Positions 1 through 10,621 of a stretch of DNA of 64,000 nt are shown here, piece by piece (the first letter of the stretch is position 1; every line of letters begins with the position of its first letter). This DNA comes from a bacterium. Lineage in GTDB: Bacteria; Bacillota_I; Bacilli_A; RFN20; CAG-826. A model generated the notes under the pieces. That model searched no databases and was not told the origin of the DNA. It was given only the letters and a program-made list of their open reading frames with translations. The translations under genes and the position numbers were made by a program. The DNA is taken from NCBI GenBank assembly GCA_963611815.1, contig CAVDSY010000003.1, positions 9,178 through 73,177 of the forward strand, in the 5' to 3' direction.

Positions 1-52
1 CATCTGCGATGAGGTCGAGAAGAAAGTGAAAGAGGATTTCAAAAAAGAATGA
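1..52 (+). CDS. 3' end of upstream gene (partial, ...ICDEVEKKVKEDFKKE*); stop overlaps next start (ATGA)
   Basis: open frame from window edge to TGA at 50-52. Confidence 0.25.
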   Translation, partial: ICDEVEKKVKEDFKKE

Positions 53-882
53 AAGACGGTCTAATCGCTTTGGAAAACGAAGAACTTCTGGTGGAAGTCT
101 CGCCTTTCGGCTCGGAGCTTAAGCGCGTTTTTTTGAAAAGCGTCAGCCAAGATGTCCTCTACGACGGCAAAGGGAGCTGGGACCATTCCGATCACATCCT
201 TTTCCCAATCATCGGAAACAACCGCTCATTCGCCCTGGAAGGCCGGCAATATCTGATGCCGAACACCCATGGTTATGCGCGCGTCTCTGCTTTTGATGTC
301 GATAGCCAAAGCGAGGATTCTTTGACTTTGTCTCTTCTTCATCAAGGGGACGAGACTTATCCCTTCGATTGCAAGATATCCGTCACGACTAAATTGGAGA
401 AGAACCGCGTTGTGCGCGAGGCAAAGGTAATCTCGAATAGCGGGCAGGAAATGGCTTTCCAATATGGCTTGCATCCCGGCTTCATCAATGACTTCTCCGA
501 TTCGAGCTTGGAATTGGGCGAGGGCACAATCCTTTTGGAATTGGAAAACGGGATCATCCAAAGGAGGATTGCGTGGCCGCATCCTTTGGATTGGGAAATA
601 GAGCGTCCCTTTATAGAGAAACGCGACACCCTTGTGCTCACTAATCCAAAAGGGCGCATAACCCTCCATAACGGCCAAGGAAGAACGATAACCCTTCTTT
701 CGCCTTGTCCATATTTTGCGGTTTGGACGCCTCAAAAACGCTGCAAAAACGACTTTATTTGTCTTGAATCGTGGTATGGACTGTCCCCATATGCCGGGAT
801 GCCTAATGAACTTGGCGACAGGGACCACGTCCAAAAAACAAAAGACATCGCGGCTTATCGCGATGTCTTGATTATCGAATAG
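49..882 (+). CDS. aldose 1-epimerase family protein (galactose mutarotase-like)
   Basis: 277 aa ORF with HGYAR and beta-sandwich mutarotase-like motifs. Confidence 0.6.
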   Translation: MKDGLIALENEELLVEVSPFGSELKRVFLKSVSQDVLYDGKGSWDHSDHILFPIIGNNRSFALEGRQYLMPNTHGYARVSAFDVDSQSEDSLTLSLLHQGDETYPFDCKISVTTKLEKNRVVREAKVISNSGQEMAFQYGLHPGFINDFSDSSLELGEGTILLELENGIIQRRIAWPHPLDWEIERPFIEKRDTLVLTNPKGRITLHNGQGRTITLLSPCPYFAVWTPQKRCKNDFICLESWYGLSPYAGMPNELGDRDHVQKTKDIAAYRDVLIIE

Positions 883-884
883 GC

Positions 885-1652
885 TTACTTCGCCTTCAGG
901 TAATCCCTCATCCCATCGAAGATGATCTCGACGATTTTCTCGGCGCCCAAATCGCTTGGGTGGAGACCGTCGTAAGTCATGCCGATGGCTTCTTTTGGAT
1001 AAGGGTAAACGCCCGCTTCCGGATCGTAGATGCCTTGGCGGTAGTTGGGGTAGGGGAGGTCAACGAGCTTGCCATGCAAGTAGCAGCGCTTGAATTTGAC
1101 CGCATTCATGCAGGTGAAGCCAGCTTTGTCGTGGGTGTTGATGTTGACGACGCCTTGCTCCCTCGCGTAGAGGAAGATGGCGTTGGCGATATCGTTGAGG
1201 GTCCTGCCGTTGCGCGGTTCATAGCTCCCTTTCCCGTAGTTTTCAGGGTCGTTGATATTGACGCAGTCGCCTCTTTCCAAGGGATTGCAAAGGAAGATCA
1301 GGGCTTTTGGCGAAAGCTTTTTGATGCGCGCTATGATGCATCCGAGGTTGCCTAGAATAGTGCCTTGCTCTCTTTTGAGGTAATTTTCCCTTGTTCCAAT
1401 GGGAAGCGCTTTTTCGTCGCTCCAGTCGTTGGTGCCCAGCAAAATGAGGTAAATGCCACCTTTTTCGATCGGAGCTTCCAACCAAGTTTCGGTGGTGGCT
1501 CCGCTGATACCGAGATTCGTTATTTTGTAACCTGGCAGTCTGTCCCCGAGAAGCGTGAGGATGCCTCTGGTCAATCTGTAGCCAGTCTCTTGAAGATGGG
1601 AATCCAGATAGAAGAAAGAGTCTCCAATGGCGATGATTTGCTTTTCTTTCAT
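885..1652 (-). CDS. SGNH/GDSL family hydrolase
   Basis: 255 aa; N-terminal IAIGDSFF (GDS) block and C-terminal DGLHPS catalytic block. Confidence 0.6.
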   Translation of the reverse strand: MKEKQIIAIGDSFFYLDSHLQETGYRLTRGILTLLGDRLPGYKITNLGISGATTETWLEAPIEKGGIYLILLGTNDWSDEKALPIGTRENYLKREQGTILGNLGCIIARIKKLSPKALIFLCNPLERGDCVNINDPENYGKGSYEPRNGRTLNDIANAIFLYAREQGVVNINTHDKAGFTCMNAVKFKRCYLHGKLVDLPYPNYRQGIYDPEAGVYPYPKEAIGMTYDGLHPSDLGAEKIVEIIFDGMRDYLKAK

Positions 1653-2094
1653 AACAATTAATTATCGCATACGAAACGTCATTGAAAACTAGATTTTTGC
1701 TTCTATGTCGCTTTGAGTACGACCAAGACGACGCAAAACGGCAATTTCTATAATCTATGAAATTTCAAAAATAGGTTATAAAGCCAAAGGCACCACAACG
1801 AAAAGCAAGCCGACCTGCTCCATGCCCTTTATCGAGGCGCGAATGAGAGGTTTGAAAATAGGGTGTAATATCTTGGTCTTTTCGCTACGTCTTGCATCGG
1901 GCAAAACCTTTGGCTAAGACGCCTTCCTGTTTAATTAGCCAATAACCAAAACTTTATGAGAAAAGACTTTGGCGCTGCGACTTTCTAACGATTGGAGGAC
2001 TCACTCGTTCAACTACCTTTTTAGACGATTTCGATTAGAACCTGTGAAAAATATGGAAAAGAGTCTTCTCCTTCCCTCGTATAATGTTGAGGCT

Positions 2095-3759
2095 ATGCTC
2101 AAACGCCTTTCCATTATCAATCTTGCGATTCTAGAGAACGTCGACATCGTTTTTCAAAATGGCTTCACGGTCTTGATGGGCGGAACGGGCGCCGGCAAGA
2201 GCCTGATCATCGATTCCTTGTCTTTGCTTCTTGGCCAACGCGCCTCTAGCGAGCTTATCCGCCAAGGAGAAAACAAAGCAAGCATCCGCGGGGAATTCGA
2301 GGCAAAATCTCCAAAATTGGAAGCGCTCCTTGCTTCGCTGGACATCCCTTTCGATGGATTTCTGACCATTGAAAGGGTCATCGGCAAAACGAAGAGCTAT
2401 ATCAAAGCCAACGGGACCCTCATCTCCTTGGGCGACCTATCCCGTCTTGCTCCTCTTCTTGCTAACATCCATTCGCAATTCGATGCGATGAAGCTGCTCA
2501 ACCCCGAGAATTACCTTTCCCTCATCGATTCCTATCGTTCATCGATGGTCGCGCCATATCTAGAGAGCTACCGCTTTGCTTTGTCTTCTTACCGTGAGAA
2601 GCAAAGCCGTTACGAGGAGCTTGAGGAAAAGAAAAACAAGCTCGAGTCCGAACGCGACTTCTATGAGTATCAATACAATGAGCTCAAAGGCATGGGGCTA
2701 GAAGAAGGTGAACAAGAAAGGATCGAGAACGAGATATCCTTGCTTAGGAACTACGATTCCATTTATTCCCTTGTTCAAGATTCCTCGTCAATCGTGCATG
2801 GCGACGCCATAGAAAAACTCTACGATCTCAACAAAAACGTCGCAAAACTCGTTTCTTTGCAGTCCCAATATCAAGAATCGTCAAAGCGCCTTGATGAAGC
2901 TTATTACGAATTAGAGGACATCTTCTCCGCTTTGAAGGGTCTTTTCTCTTCCTTGGATTATGATCCTGCCAGACTTGAGGAGCTGGAGCAGCGCGACAGC
3001 GAGCTCTCATCCCTAGAGAGGAAGTACAGGAAATCGATTCCCGAGTTGATCGCTTACCAGGCTGAGCTTGAGTCTCTCCTTGGGAAGGGCTCCACCTTCG
3101 AGGATGATCTAGAAAAGGCAAAACTAGATGCCGGCAAGGCCTTTGACGAGGCTTATCAAAAAGGGATCGATCTTTCCAAGATCAGGCAAGAGGTCGCGTC
3201 TTTGATTGAAAAGAATATGAAGAAGAGCCTCAAGGATCTCTTGCTGCGCGATGAGTTCAAAATTGCCTTCTCCACATTCAAGAAAGAGCCATCTTCTCTA
3301 AAAGACGACGGGCTTGATGAGGTGCAGTTCCTTATCGAGACCAACGTGGGCGAAGGTCTTAAGCCGATGGAAAAGATCGTTTCAGGTGGCGAGACGAGCC
3401 GCATCATGCTCGCTTTCCATTCGATCTTCCTTTCCGCGAACAAAGTTGGGACGGCAATCTTCGATGAGATCGATACAGGCATATCCGGAGAAGCCTCGAA
3501 GGCCGTCGCGAGCAAGATTTACGAGATCTCCCTTTCCACCCAAGTTATTGCGATCACTCACGCGCCTCAAGTCGCCTGTTTGTCCGATCATGCGATCCTC
3601 ATCGAAAAAAGCGTCAAAGATGGCAGAACCAGCACCTCTATCCATGAGCTAGGATTGGAAGAGAAGATCGACGCGGTGGCAAGCCTCATCTCCAATGGCA
3701 GGATAACCGAAAAGCAAAGGGAATACGCGAAAGAGATGGTTTTGGAGAAGGGGAAATAG
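2095..3759 (+). CDS. recN: DNA repair protein RecN
   Basis: Start MLKRLSIINLAI is typical of RecN; Walker A GGTGAGKS; long coiled-coil; C-terminal ABC signature region. ORF track start 1969 is a TTG extension. Confidence 0.85.
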   Translation: MLKRLSIINLAILENVDIVFQNGFTVLMGGTGAGKSLIIDSLSLLLGQRASSELIRQGENKASIRGEFEAKSPKLEALLASLDIPFDGFLTIERVIGKTKSYIKANGTLISLGDLSRLAPLLANIHSQFDAMKLLNPENYLSLIDSYRSSMVAPYLESYRFALSSYREKQSRYEELEEKKNKLESERDFYEYQYNELKGMGLEEGEQERIENEISLLRNYDSIYSLVQDSSSIVHGDAIEKLYDLNKNVAKLVSLQSQYQESSKRLDEAYYELEDIFSALKGLFSSLDYDPARLEELEQRDSELSSLERKYRKSIPELIAYQAELESLLGKGSTFEDDLEKAKLDAGKAFDEAYQKGIDLSKIRQEVASLIEKNMKKSLKDLLLRDEFKIAFSTFKKEPSSLKDDGLDEVQFLIETNVGEGLKPMEKIVSGGETSRIMLAFHSIFLSANKVGTAIFDEIDTGISGEASKAVASKIYEISLSTQVIAITHAPQVACLSDHAILIEKSVKDGRTSTSIHELGLEEKIDAVASLISNGRITEKQREYAKEMVLEKGK

Positions 3760-3841
3760 TTTTGTCGCTTCTTTGCTGGCTTTTAGGAAACCAGGGAAGA
3801 ACGGCATCAGATGAACATGATGTCGTAAATTGGAATATAGA

Positions 3842-4320
3842 CTAGCTTTCCTTCTTCTCAAAGTATTCCTTCAAATGGGAAATCACATCCTCATCTATGG
3901 AATTGGCCAAAAGGAACTCTTCGAAATCCATCGGATGCATTCTTTTCTCAATAATCGATCCCATGGGGGTCAAAGTTGTTTTTTGCATCGCGATTCCTAA
4001 CTCCGATCCGCTGCAAATGTATTTGTAACGATTGTCTAGATTCAAAAGCTTAAGCAATGTGAAAAGCTTGGGGCAGACCTGTATTTCATCAAGAAAGACC
4101 AATGTGTTCTTTCTCTCTCAGCTTTCCGCCGGCGAAAGAACCAAAGGCTAAGTAAAATGATTCGAGGGTGCTCGCATGCTCAAAAAGCCTTGCCCCGGCT
4201 TTGTCGTCCGCCATGTTGATCTCGACATGGTTTGGAAAGTGTTTTTTCGCAAGCTCACCGATTATGGTAGTTTTGCCTATTTGCCTCGCTCCATCAATGC
4301 ACAGGATATAGTTCTATCAT
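3842..4320 (-). pseudogene. remnant of AAA+ ATPase (AAA_14/DUF4143 family), 5'- and 3'-truncated with internal frameshift
   Basis: Walker A ILCIDGARQIGKTTII in one frame (4130-4300) and LDEIQ...MHPMDFEEF block in another (3842-4102); homologous to the intact gene at 29116-30456. Confidence 0.5.
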
Positions 4321-4585
4321 CTGTTAGATATTCTTCGATATAGGCGCTTTTTTACGGTACATATATCTTTGTCCTTTTGGGTTTTCCAACAAAAATATAT
4401 TGAAAAACTGCACTTTTCCAACATCTGTTTTATTAATCGATAAGTGACATGAATAGCTGCAAGGAGTTTATGTTCCGACACGCAAAGACCGCGCTTAGAA
4501 GGTTAGGAAGGCAGCAAAAGAAAATTCAACCACGTCGCTGCCGTTATGATTTACAATTGTCCCCGATTAAGGAGGCCTATGTAAA

Positions 4586-5047
4586 ATGGCTAAATCTACA
4601 GCAGGACGAGTGTGGTATGCGCTAGCGTTGCTCGTCGCCGGCATTATGCTCATTGTCGGAGGGGTCGATGGCGCAAACTGGATTATGGGGATGATCGTCA
4701 CCGTTATCGGCGTTATCACGATCGTTCTCGGGGTGATGTCCATCTGCAGCCGCAATGTGATGTTCGGCATCATCGAAATCATCTTCGGCATATTGATGGT
4801 CTCGTTTGCTTGGACTATTGCCTGGGTGGCCTTCCTCGTTAACGGGGTCATGCTGATTGCTTATGGCATCTCTGGGCTAGTCTCCAGGAGAGGCATCTTT
4901 AGCAACATTATGAACATCCTCATCGGCGTCATGATCGTCTTCCTCGGCTGCGGGAATGCGGCGGCTTGGGATTTCATGAACATCTTCTTCTATGTCTCAG
5001 GAGGCTTCCTCATCGTCGATAGCATCCTGGTCTTGTTCAACGTCTGA
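4586..5047 (+). CDS. small 4-5 TM membrane protein (HdeD/DUF308-like)
   Basis: 153 aa, almost entirely hydrophobic helices, good RBS aaggaggcctatg. Confidence 0.5.
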   Translation: MAKSTAGRVWYALALLVAGIMLIVGGVDGANWIMGMIVTVIGVITIVLGVMSICSRNVMFGIIEIIFGILMVSFAWTIAWVAFLVNGVMLIAYGISGLVSRRGIFSNIMNILIGVMIVFLGCGNAAAWDFMNIFFYVSGGFLIVDSILVLFNV

Positions 5048-5069
5048 TTCAAAGTCAAATATAGCAAAA

Positions 5070-5106
5070 CAACCGCGGGGAATAACTCGCGGTTGTTTTT
5101 GTTTTG
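5070..5106. terminator. bidirectional rho-independent terminator (caaccgcg..cgcggttg + T-run)
   Basis: perfect 8-bp stem followed by tttttgttttg, between convergent genes. Confidence 0.6.
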
Positions 5107-5160
5107 CTTAGGTTTTGCGGGGTTTCTGCTTGCACTCTGCGATTGCAGTCAAACATTTGA

Positions 5161-6132
5161 TTAGTTGCTTGCGCTTGTGCTTTTCACGACGGAGAGCTCG
5201 GTCAAGTCGCTGTAAAGAGGGTAACTTATATTGATCCCTGAGCTGCCACCGGCGTCATTCATTTGGTCGATGAAAGCATTAATTAGGCCGTTTGTTGTGC
5301 CGCTGTATGTTGTGTTTTTGCCGTCATCGTAATCAATCCATACATAGACGATGCAGGTTTTGTCGCTCGCCGCTGCGTATGTAAGGTCAAAGCTAATGGA
5401 AGCGTTTTTTGTGGTCTCAGTGGCGCCGTTAACGGTCTTCAGCGTTTTCACAAAATACTTTTGCTCTACATTCTTAAACTCATTTTTCAGCGTCTGGAAG
5501 TTGGTCTCAGAGCTGCCGCTATCCCAAGTATAGGTATGTTCGCCTCCCGTTACGGGTTCCACCATTGCCTTCACTGAGATAACGGAGGAAATGTAATTTG
5601 AGAGATCGTATTTTTGCCCAGAAGCGCCAGACGCGTCTTCACTTACTGACTCAGATGAAGAACTGTCGGTTGTCACTGTTTTGATAGCATGATCTTTATC
5701 CGTATTGTGCGTGATCGCTAAAGAAAGCTTGTTATCAGTGGTGGTGTATGTTCCGCCGCTGAGCTTGAGCTTCAATAAAATGGGGGTGTAGTCGTTGTCT
5801 TCTTGGAAGACCTGGTCATAACGCAGCAAAGAAAGATCCATCTTGCCTGTGTCATTGCCATTCGCATCTTTGATTGTTGGGTTTTCTGCGAATTCGTGGC
5901 TTCCGTTATCGTTCTGGATGTATTTGTAGACGGTCATGTCTACTGAGGCATTCTCGTCCGTTTTAACCTGGATCGCCATGCCGCTTGCGTCTACTTCTTT
6001 GTTGGATGCGAACCAAGAGAAAGTGGAGGATGTGCTGAACCAAGCAAACAACGATACCGCAAGCGTGCCCAAAGAAAGGAAATAGGCAACGCTTGCCAAG
6101 CGGAATCCTTTTCTTCTGAAGAGCTTGCTCAT
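5161..6132 (-). CDS. TasA/camelysin-like secreted protein with SipW-cognate-type signal peptide (locus 1)
   Basis: N-terminus K/R-rich, hydrophobic core, then SLFAWFSTSSTFSWFASNKEVDASGMAIQV, which parallels TFAFFSDKEVSNNTFAAGTL of camelysin and TWAAFNDIKSKDATFASGTL of TasA; paralog of 23918-24877. Confidence 0.55.
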   Translation of the reverse strand: MSKLFRRKGFRLASVAYFLSLGTLAVSLFAWFSTSSTFSWFASNKEVDASGMAIQVKTDENASVDMTVYKYIQNDNGSHEFAENPTIKDANGNDTGKMDLSLLRYDQVFQEDNDYTPILLKLKLSGGTYTTTDNKLSLAITHNTDKDHAIKTVTTDSSSSESVSEDASGASGQKYDLSNYISSVISVKAMVEPVTGGEHTYTWDSGSSETNFQTLKNEFKNVEQKYFVKTLKTVNGATETTKNASISFDLTYAAASDKTCIVYVWIDYDDGKNTTYSGTTNGLINAFIDQMNDAGGSSGINISYPLYSDLTELSVVKSTSASN

Positions 6133-6189
6133 GGGCTAATTCTACACCTGATACTTCGATTGAGCCTCTCGCATAGGAACAAAATACAG

Positions 6190-6330
6190 CCCCTGCTAGA
6201 AACCCTTTCGGGTTGGCAGCTGGCTGTCTTAGGAAGACCCTTTAGCTTTGCGTCGCCAGATTGCCCTGGCTTTGCTTTTGACGAGGGGAATTATAAGGGA
6301 TACGCGCGTACGCGCAAGGGCTAATTCTTT
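6190..6330 (-). promoter_or_regulatory. conserved structured leader (copy 1) plus relic of the giant-gene start codon region, upstream of the TasA-like gene
   Basis: nucleotide similarity to 28797-28900; hairpins GUCUU-CCUA-AAGAC and GCCAGG-GCAA-UCUGGC on the minus-strand RNA. Confidence 0.5.
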
Positions 6331-6656
6331 CTTGGGCGTCCTTTCCCCAAAATGCAGACAGCTTCAAAAAAATGGCTTTTCCCATAATTCGTCGACTTTT
6401 GTATTTGAAAGCAAAATAGCGTGTCCCCATCGGAAGAATTAGATCTTTTTGGCTTTGCCAAATCGCAGAAAGCCAAAGGGGTCATTGTTGGCGAATTGCT
6501 TTTCTTGAGCAAATTTACGTTATCAAAAAACGATCATTTGCATTTACTGGCCCTTGCGTGGTCTGCGCGTTTGTTGAAATGAGAACGGAAAGCGTCAAAG
6601 TTCTTCTTTAGAAAGCCGTTTAAGACCATTCTTTTGGCGGGGACAAAAAGCCTGTC

Positions 6657-9214
6657 TTAGGCGCTCGAAGTCGTATCTTTAGGGGAATAGTCTTCTTTGC
6701 TGCCGGTGGCCGTTATGCCTGTTCCTGTTATGCTCGTTGTTCCGCCTGCGGTATCAACGTAATAGACCGTTATCGTTTCGTTTTCACCATCAACTGTTCT
6801 AACGCGGTAAAAATAGACTGTGGTAGGGTTGCCACTTATAGCGAAGGTTACTTTTGATGGGGTGTAATCGGATTCGGTGGTTATGTTGCCTTCGCTGTCC
6901 GTTGTTTCTTTCGTAGAGTTGATTGGCTTGATGGTTTTATCTGTAGTGTTGGAATAGTAGACGAAGTCGATGGGAGGAACTTCCTCTTCGCCCGTATCCT
7001 TTTTCCCGTCCGCTCCGTTGGCGCCGATATCGAAATACATGATGTAGGGGCAGTTGGTCGCGGAGGAATCCGCGCCGACGAAGTAATCTCCTGCGCTCAG
7101 AGGGATCTCCATGTAGTAGGCGCACCCATTTTTGAGAACGCCCTCCCCGCTCTTCCCACTGATTGGGTATATGGCGTTCAGGTCGAATATTTTCTCTGCG
7201 CCGTTAGGGATCGTCGCGGAGTCATCTGTGTATTGGTTGTAGTACTTGCCATCAAATTTGTAGATGGCGCTGATTTTCTTCGCGCTCTCGATTTGCTTCT
7301 TGTCCGTGGAACGGATAATTTCGTAAACGGAAGGCATGGCGTGCCCAGACGAGCTCGAGGCTGAGGTGTAAGTTCCGAGGATCATCTTCAGCGAGCCGGA
7401 ACTCGATAGTTCGAAGTTGAAGCCGGCTTTATACATCTCGTAGCCTGAATCGTAAGTGACACCGTTTATCTGTATATCACTGTAAGTCCCTTTTTCCAGG
7501 GCTCCGTAATTTTTAATGTCGTTAGAGCCGATTTTGTAGAGTTGGATTCCATCCAAACTGATTATGCCGCTGGCTAAGGTGTCGGGCTTGTTCTCACTCG
7601 AAATCATCTTCGCGAAATTGTGTTTAACCTTGTAGTAGCCATTCTCAATGTCACCGAAGCCGCAATCCGCGATGTCTTTGCTGTTTGAGGTCGTGCTCGT
7701 CGACCATGATTTGCCGCTGTTTTCCGTATCCGAGATGCGATAGGTGGCGTTTTCTAGATTGGTCGCCAGAGTGTCAATGTAGAAAAAAGAGAGGCTGTCG
7801 TATCCGAAAACTGGGTAAATTCCGGTGGCGTCTTTTGTCCTATCCGCTTCGGATATGGATGTAGCGCCTTTGTCTGATACGTATATCGAATAACGAATTC
7901 CGTTTTTTTAGTTTCGCTTGAACTATTCAAGTTCATCCCTTTGTTATAGAGACGCGGCGTTGCGTTGGATGATGAGATGGTGCCGTCGCCGCCTCTGCCG
8001 ACGAGATAGCCCGTATTGCTGTCTGAGACAGGCTCACCCGTATTGCTGCCTTTTGTGTAGTAGGTTCCGATGTCTTCAGTATCTATGTAAGAACTGGAGA
8101 TCGTCGCTTTATCCAAATCGATATTGAGTGGGAGGCAGGTTCCATTTTGCAAATTGACGCTTTGCCCGAGGTCCTTTGTTGTATCCCAGGTGAAAGGTGT
8201 GCTGTAGTAGTAAATGTTCGCCTTGAACCGCTCGGTCATATCGTATGCCTTCGTGGCTGATCCAGCCGTCATCCCTTTTGCCGCGGCTATGTAGGTGATT
8301 CGCTTGGCGAGGCTCGCGATGTCGATTGATCCGCCCCAGCTGCCGCTGGTGTCGCTGCCCGATCCTCCCGGCTTCCCTTTGTAGTCGAAGTGGTTTGAAT
8401 TATAAGCCCCGATCAAAGAGTGTTGGCTGAGCTTGTCGTTGTCAGCAAGTGCTCCACTGTTAATCACTGAAACATTCGCGTTTTGAAAATCGAAATAGCC
8501 TGATCTGACGCCACAATTGGTCAATTGGCCATTCGCATAGCCGGCGATTAGCCCGACGAGCGTTTGATCGGTATTGGTCTCGACGGTTAGATAGTCAAAG
8601 TAGAGGTCTTTTACTTCGTTTACTTCAACGGTGTAGCCTGTGACCTCGGCGTCGCTTTCGTATTCGCCGACGATGCCGAAGAAACCAACGATGGAGATGC
8701 TGCCTTTGACGTTGCTGTCAGCCCCGGAAGGCCAGCCGGTCTTTTTTAGATTGTCTTCGTTATTGCTGATCGTGAGGTTGCTTATTTTATAGCCCGCCCC
8801 ATTGAAGTTCCCTATGAAGGGGTATTTCGTGGTTCCTGCAGGAGGCAAATAATAACCGTCCGCGTCGATGTCGTTATTCAGTACGAAGTAGACCTGTTCG
8901 TAATCGCTGGTTTCGTTCCCGGAGGCGTCTTTTTTCTTTTTGTTGAAATACCCTGGGTCTTGCAGCCAGTTGAAATAGTAGAGCTGTTTTGGCGTTTCTA
9001 TTTGATATGCGGTTTCCGCGGTTTTCCCATCGCCTCCAGCGAAGTAGCTTCCGACGGCCGCTCCATCCACCCCATCCACTTTCTGAGTGGTCGTAGGTCT
9101 GATGAACCACGCGAGCGATGATACGCCCAAAGTGCAGCCGATGACGACGAAAGAGATCCCGAGGATCAGAATCGGTTTGTTGACGTTGCTGCGGCTTTTT
9201 TTCTCTTTCATGGG
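6657..9214 (-). pseudogene. giant GLUG-motif / beta-helix secreted protein (locus 1), reading frame broken by 1-nt shift at A7 tract (7903-7909); possibly phase-variable rather than dead
   Basis: ORFs 7754-9292 and 6657-7607 are N- and C-terminal parts of a paralog of the 1310-aa protein at 24882-28796. The frame of the second ORF stays open upstream to the A7 run, where the first frame leaves it. Start is MKEKKSRSNVNK at 9214. Confidence 0.55.
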
Positions 9215-9448
9215 CGTCCCTTTCTTAGGAACTAAGAAACGATACATCGATAGAAGGCAAAAGACAAAAGGAATAATCATGTATAAAGGCAAGGTCCGAT
9301 ATCACTATTTTCGATGCGCCGTTGTTATCAATGGTTTGCATTTCTTCTATGCTTTCAGGCCTTCTCGGCTTTGTTGATGGAAACAGATAACTTCGTTCCT
9401 AAAAGGGATGAGCAAATCCGTTAAAGCATGTAAGGAGGGAACAAACGC

Positions 9449-10357
9449 ATGCTTTACACCAAGATAAGAATGGATTTCAAATACGCGGATAAGGGCCGCT
9501 TCTACCGCGTCTTGCTCATAAAAGGAAATCAGGATTTGCTAACTTTAGGAGTGGCTTTGGGCGATGCGGTATCCGCCGAATTCGAGCATTGCTTCCTCAT
9601 CACGACTGGGAGGAAAGGCCCTTCTTACGTCATGGCCCCTTTCATGGAGGATCCCTTGCCTGGTTATTGCGCTTTAGCAAGGCATACGCTTGATGAGCTG
9701 CCTGAACACTTCGATTATGAATACGATACCGGGGATGGCTGGGACTTCGCCTGCAAACGCTACAAGAAAAAGGTGGAACTCGACTCAAAGCAAGACGTTA
9801 TCCTGCTTGAAGGAGCTGGCCAAGGCGTGTGGGAAGATAACATCGGCACCCTCTATGATTATTTCGCCGGTAGGATAAGCAAGGATTCCGGCGAAGAGGA
9901 TCCCGATAACGGCATTGCCAAACCATGGAATTTCTCCATCGACACCTATGACGAATTCGATTCGCCTTTGGACATCGACTCGCTCAACGACGACCTCGCT
10001 TCGAAGTTCCCCGCGGACTGCCGCCTCATCAAGAAGCAAGAGAACGACTACATCAAGAAGAACGAAATCAACATGGACGATTACACCCATGATGATGCAT
10101 CTGGCGATGTGCAGATCTTCCCTGAAAGCCTCTATTTGGACATCGAAGAGCAGATCTCTACCAAAAAACGCGCGGAGAAGGTCTTCGACGAGCTATCCGC
10201 CCTTTATAGCGGCGGCAAGGCCAGGAACATCATGGCCGCGGTCTATTACAAAACCGTGATAATCGCCTACATTACAAAGAAGATAGATATCGATGAGGAA
10301 AGCTATTTGACCGAGCTTGAAGAGCTGACGGCCAAGCTTAAAGAAGAGAAGAAATAA
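9449..10357 (+). CDS. pRiA4b ORF-3-like family protein (PF07929-like, YEYDTGDGWDF motif)
   Basis: 302 aa; conserved Y.YDxGDGW.F block and acidic C-terminal half. Confidence 0.5.
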   Translation: MLYTKIRMDFKYADKGRFYRVLLIKGNQDLLTLGVALGDAVSAEFEHCFLITTGRKGPSYVMAPFMEDPLPGYCALARHTLDELPEHFDYEYDTGDGWDFACKRYKKKVELDSKQDVILLEGAGQGVWEDNIGTLYDYFAGRISKDSGEEDPDNGIAKPWNFSIDTYDEFDSPLDIDSLNDDLASKFPADCRLIKKQENDYIKKNEINMDDYTHDDASGDVQIFPESLYLDIEEQISTKKRAEKVFDELSALYSGGKARNIMAAVYYKTVIIAYITKKIDIDEESYLTELEELTAKLKEEKK

Positions 10358-10621
10358 CAAAACTCGCATTCTTTTAGGCGCGTGGATGGCCCAGCGACCG
10401 CCGGCTTTTTCGCCTCATCCCTTAGCTGACCAATGGACTTTCCATCAAGCGTTTGGGAGAGTAGGGCTTTTAAGCGTTAGCTTGGGCGCCGTTGCGCGGC
10501 GTTAATTTCGCGTTTTAATTAGCTTTTGCGGCTTTTTTGAGGTGGTTTGGGATAAATGCGCTGAACCCAATTCTTTTCCTAACGCTGAAATGAGCGTAGA
10601 TTATGCGAGGTGGTACCAAGC

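Noticed and set aside
1969-2094. N-terminal extension of recN from a TTG start
   Set aside because: The extension (MALRLSNDWRTHSF...) has no RecN similarity. The conserved RecN N-terminus begins at MLKRLSIINLAI (2095).
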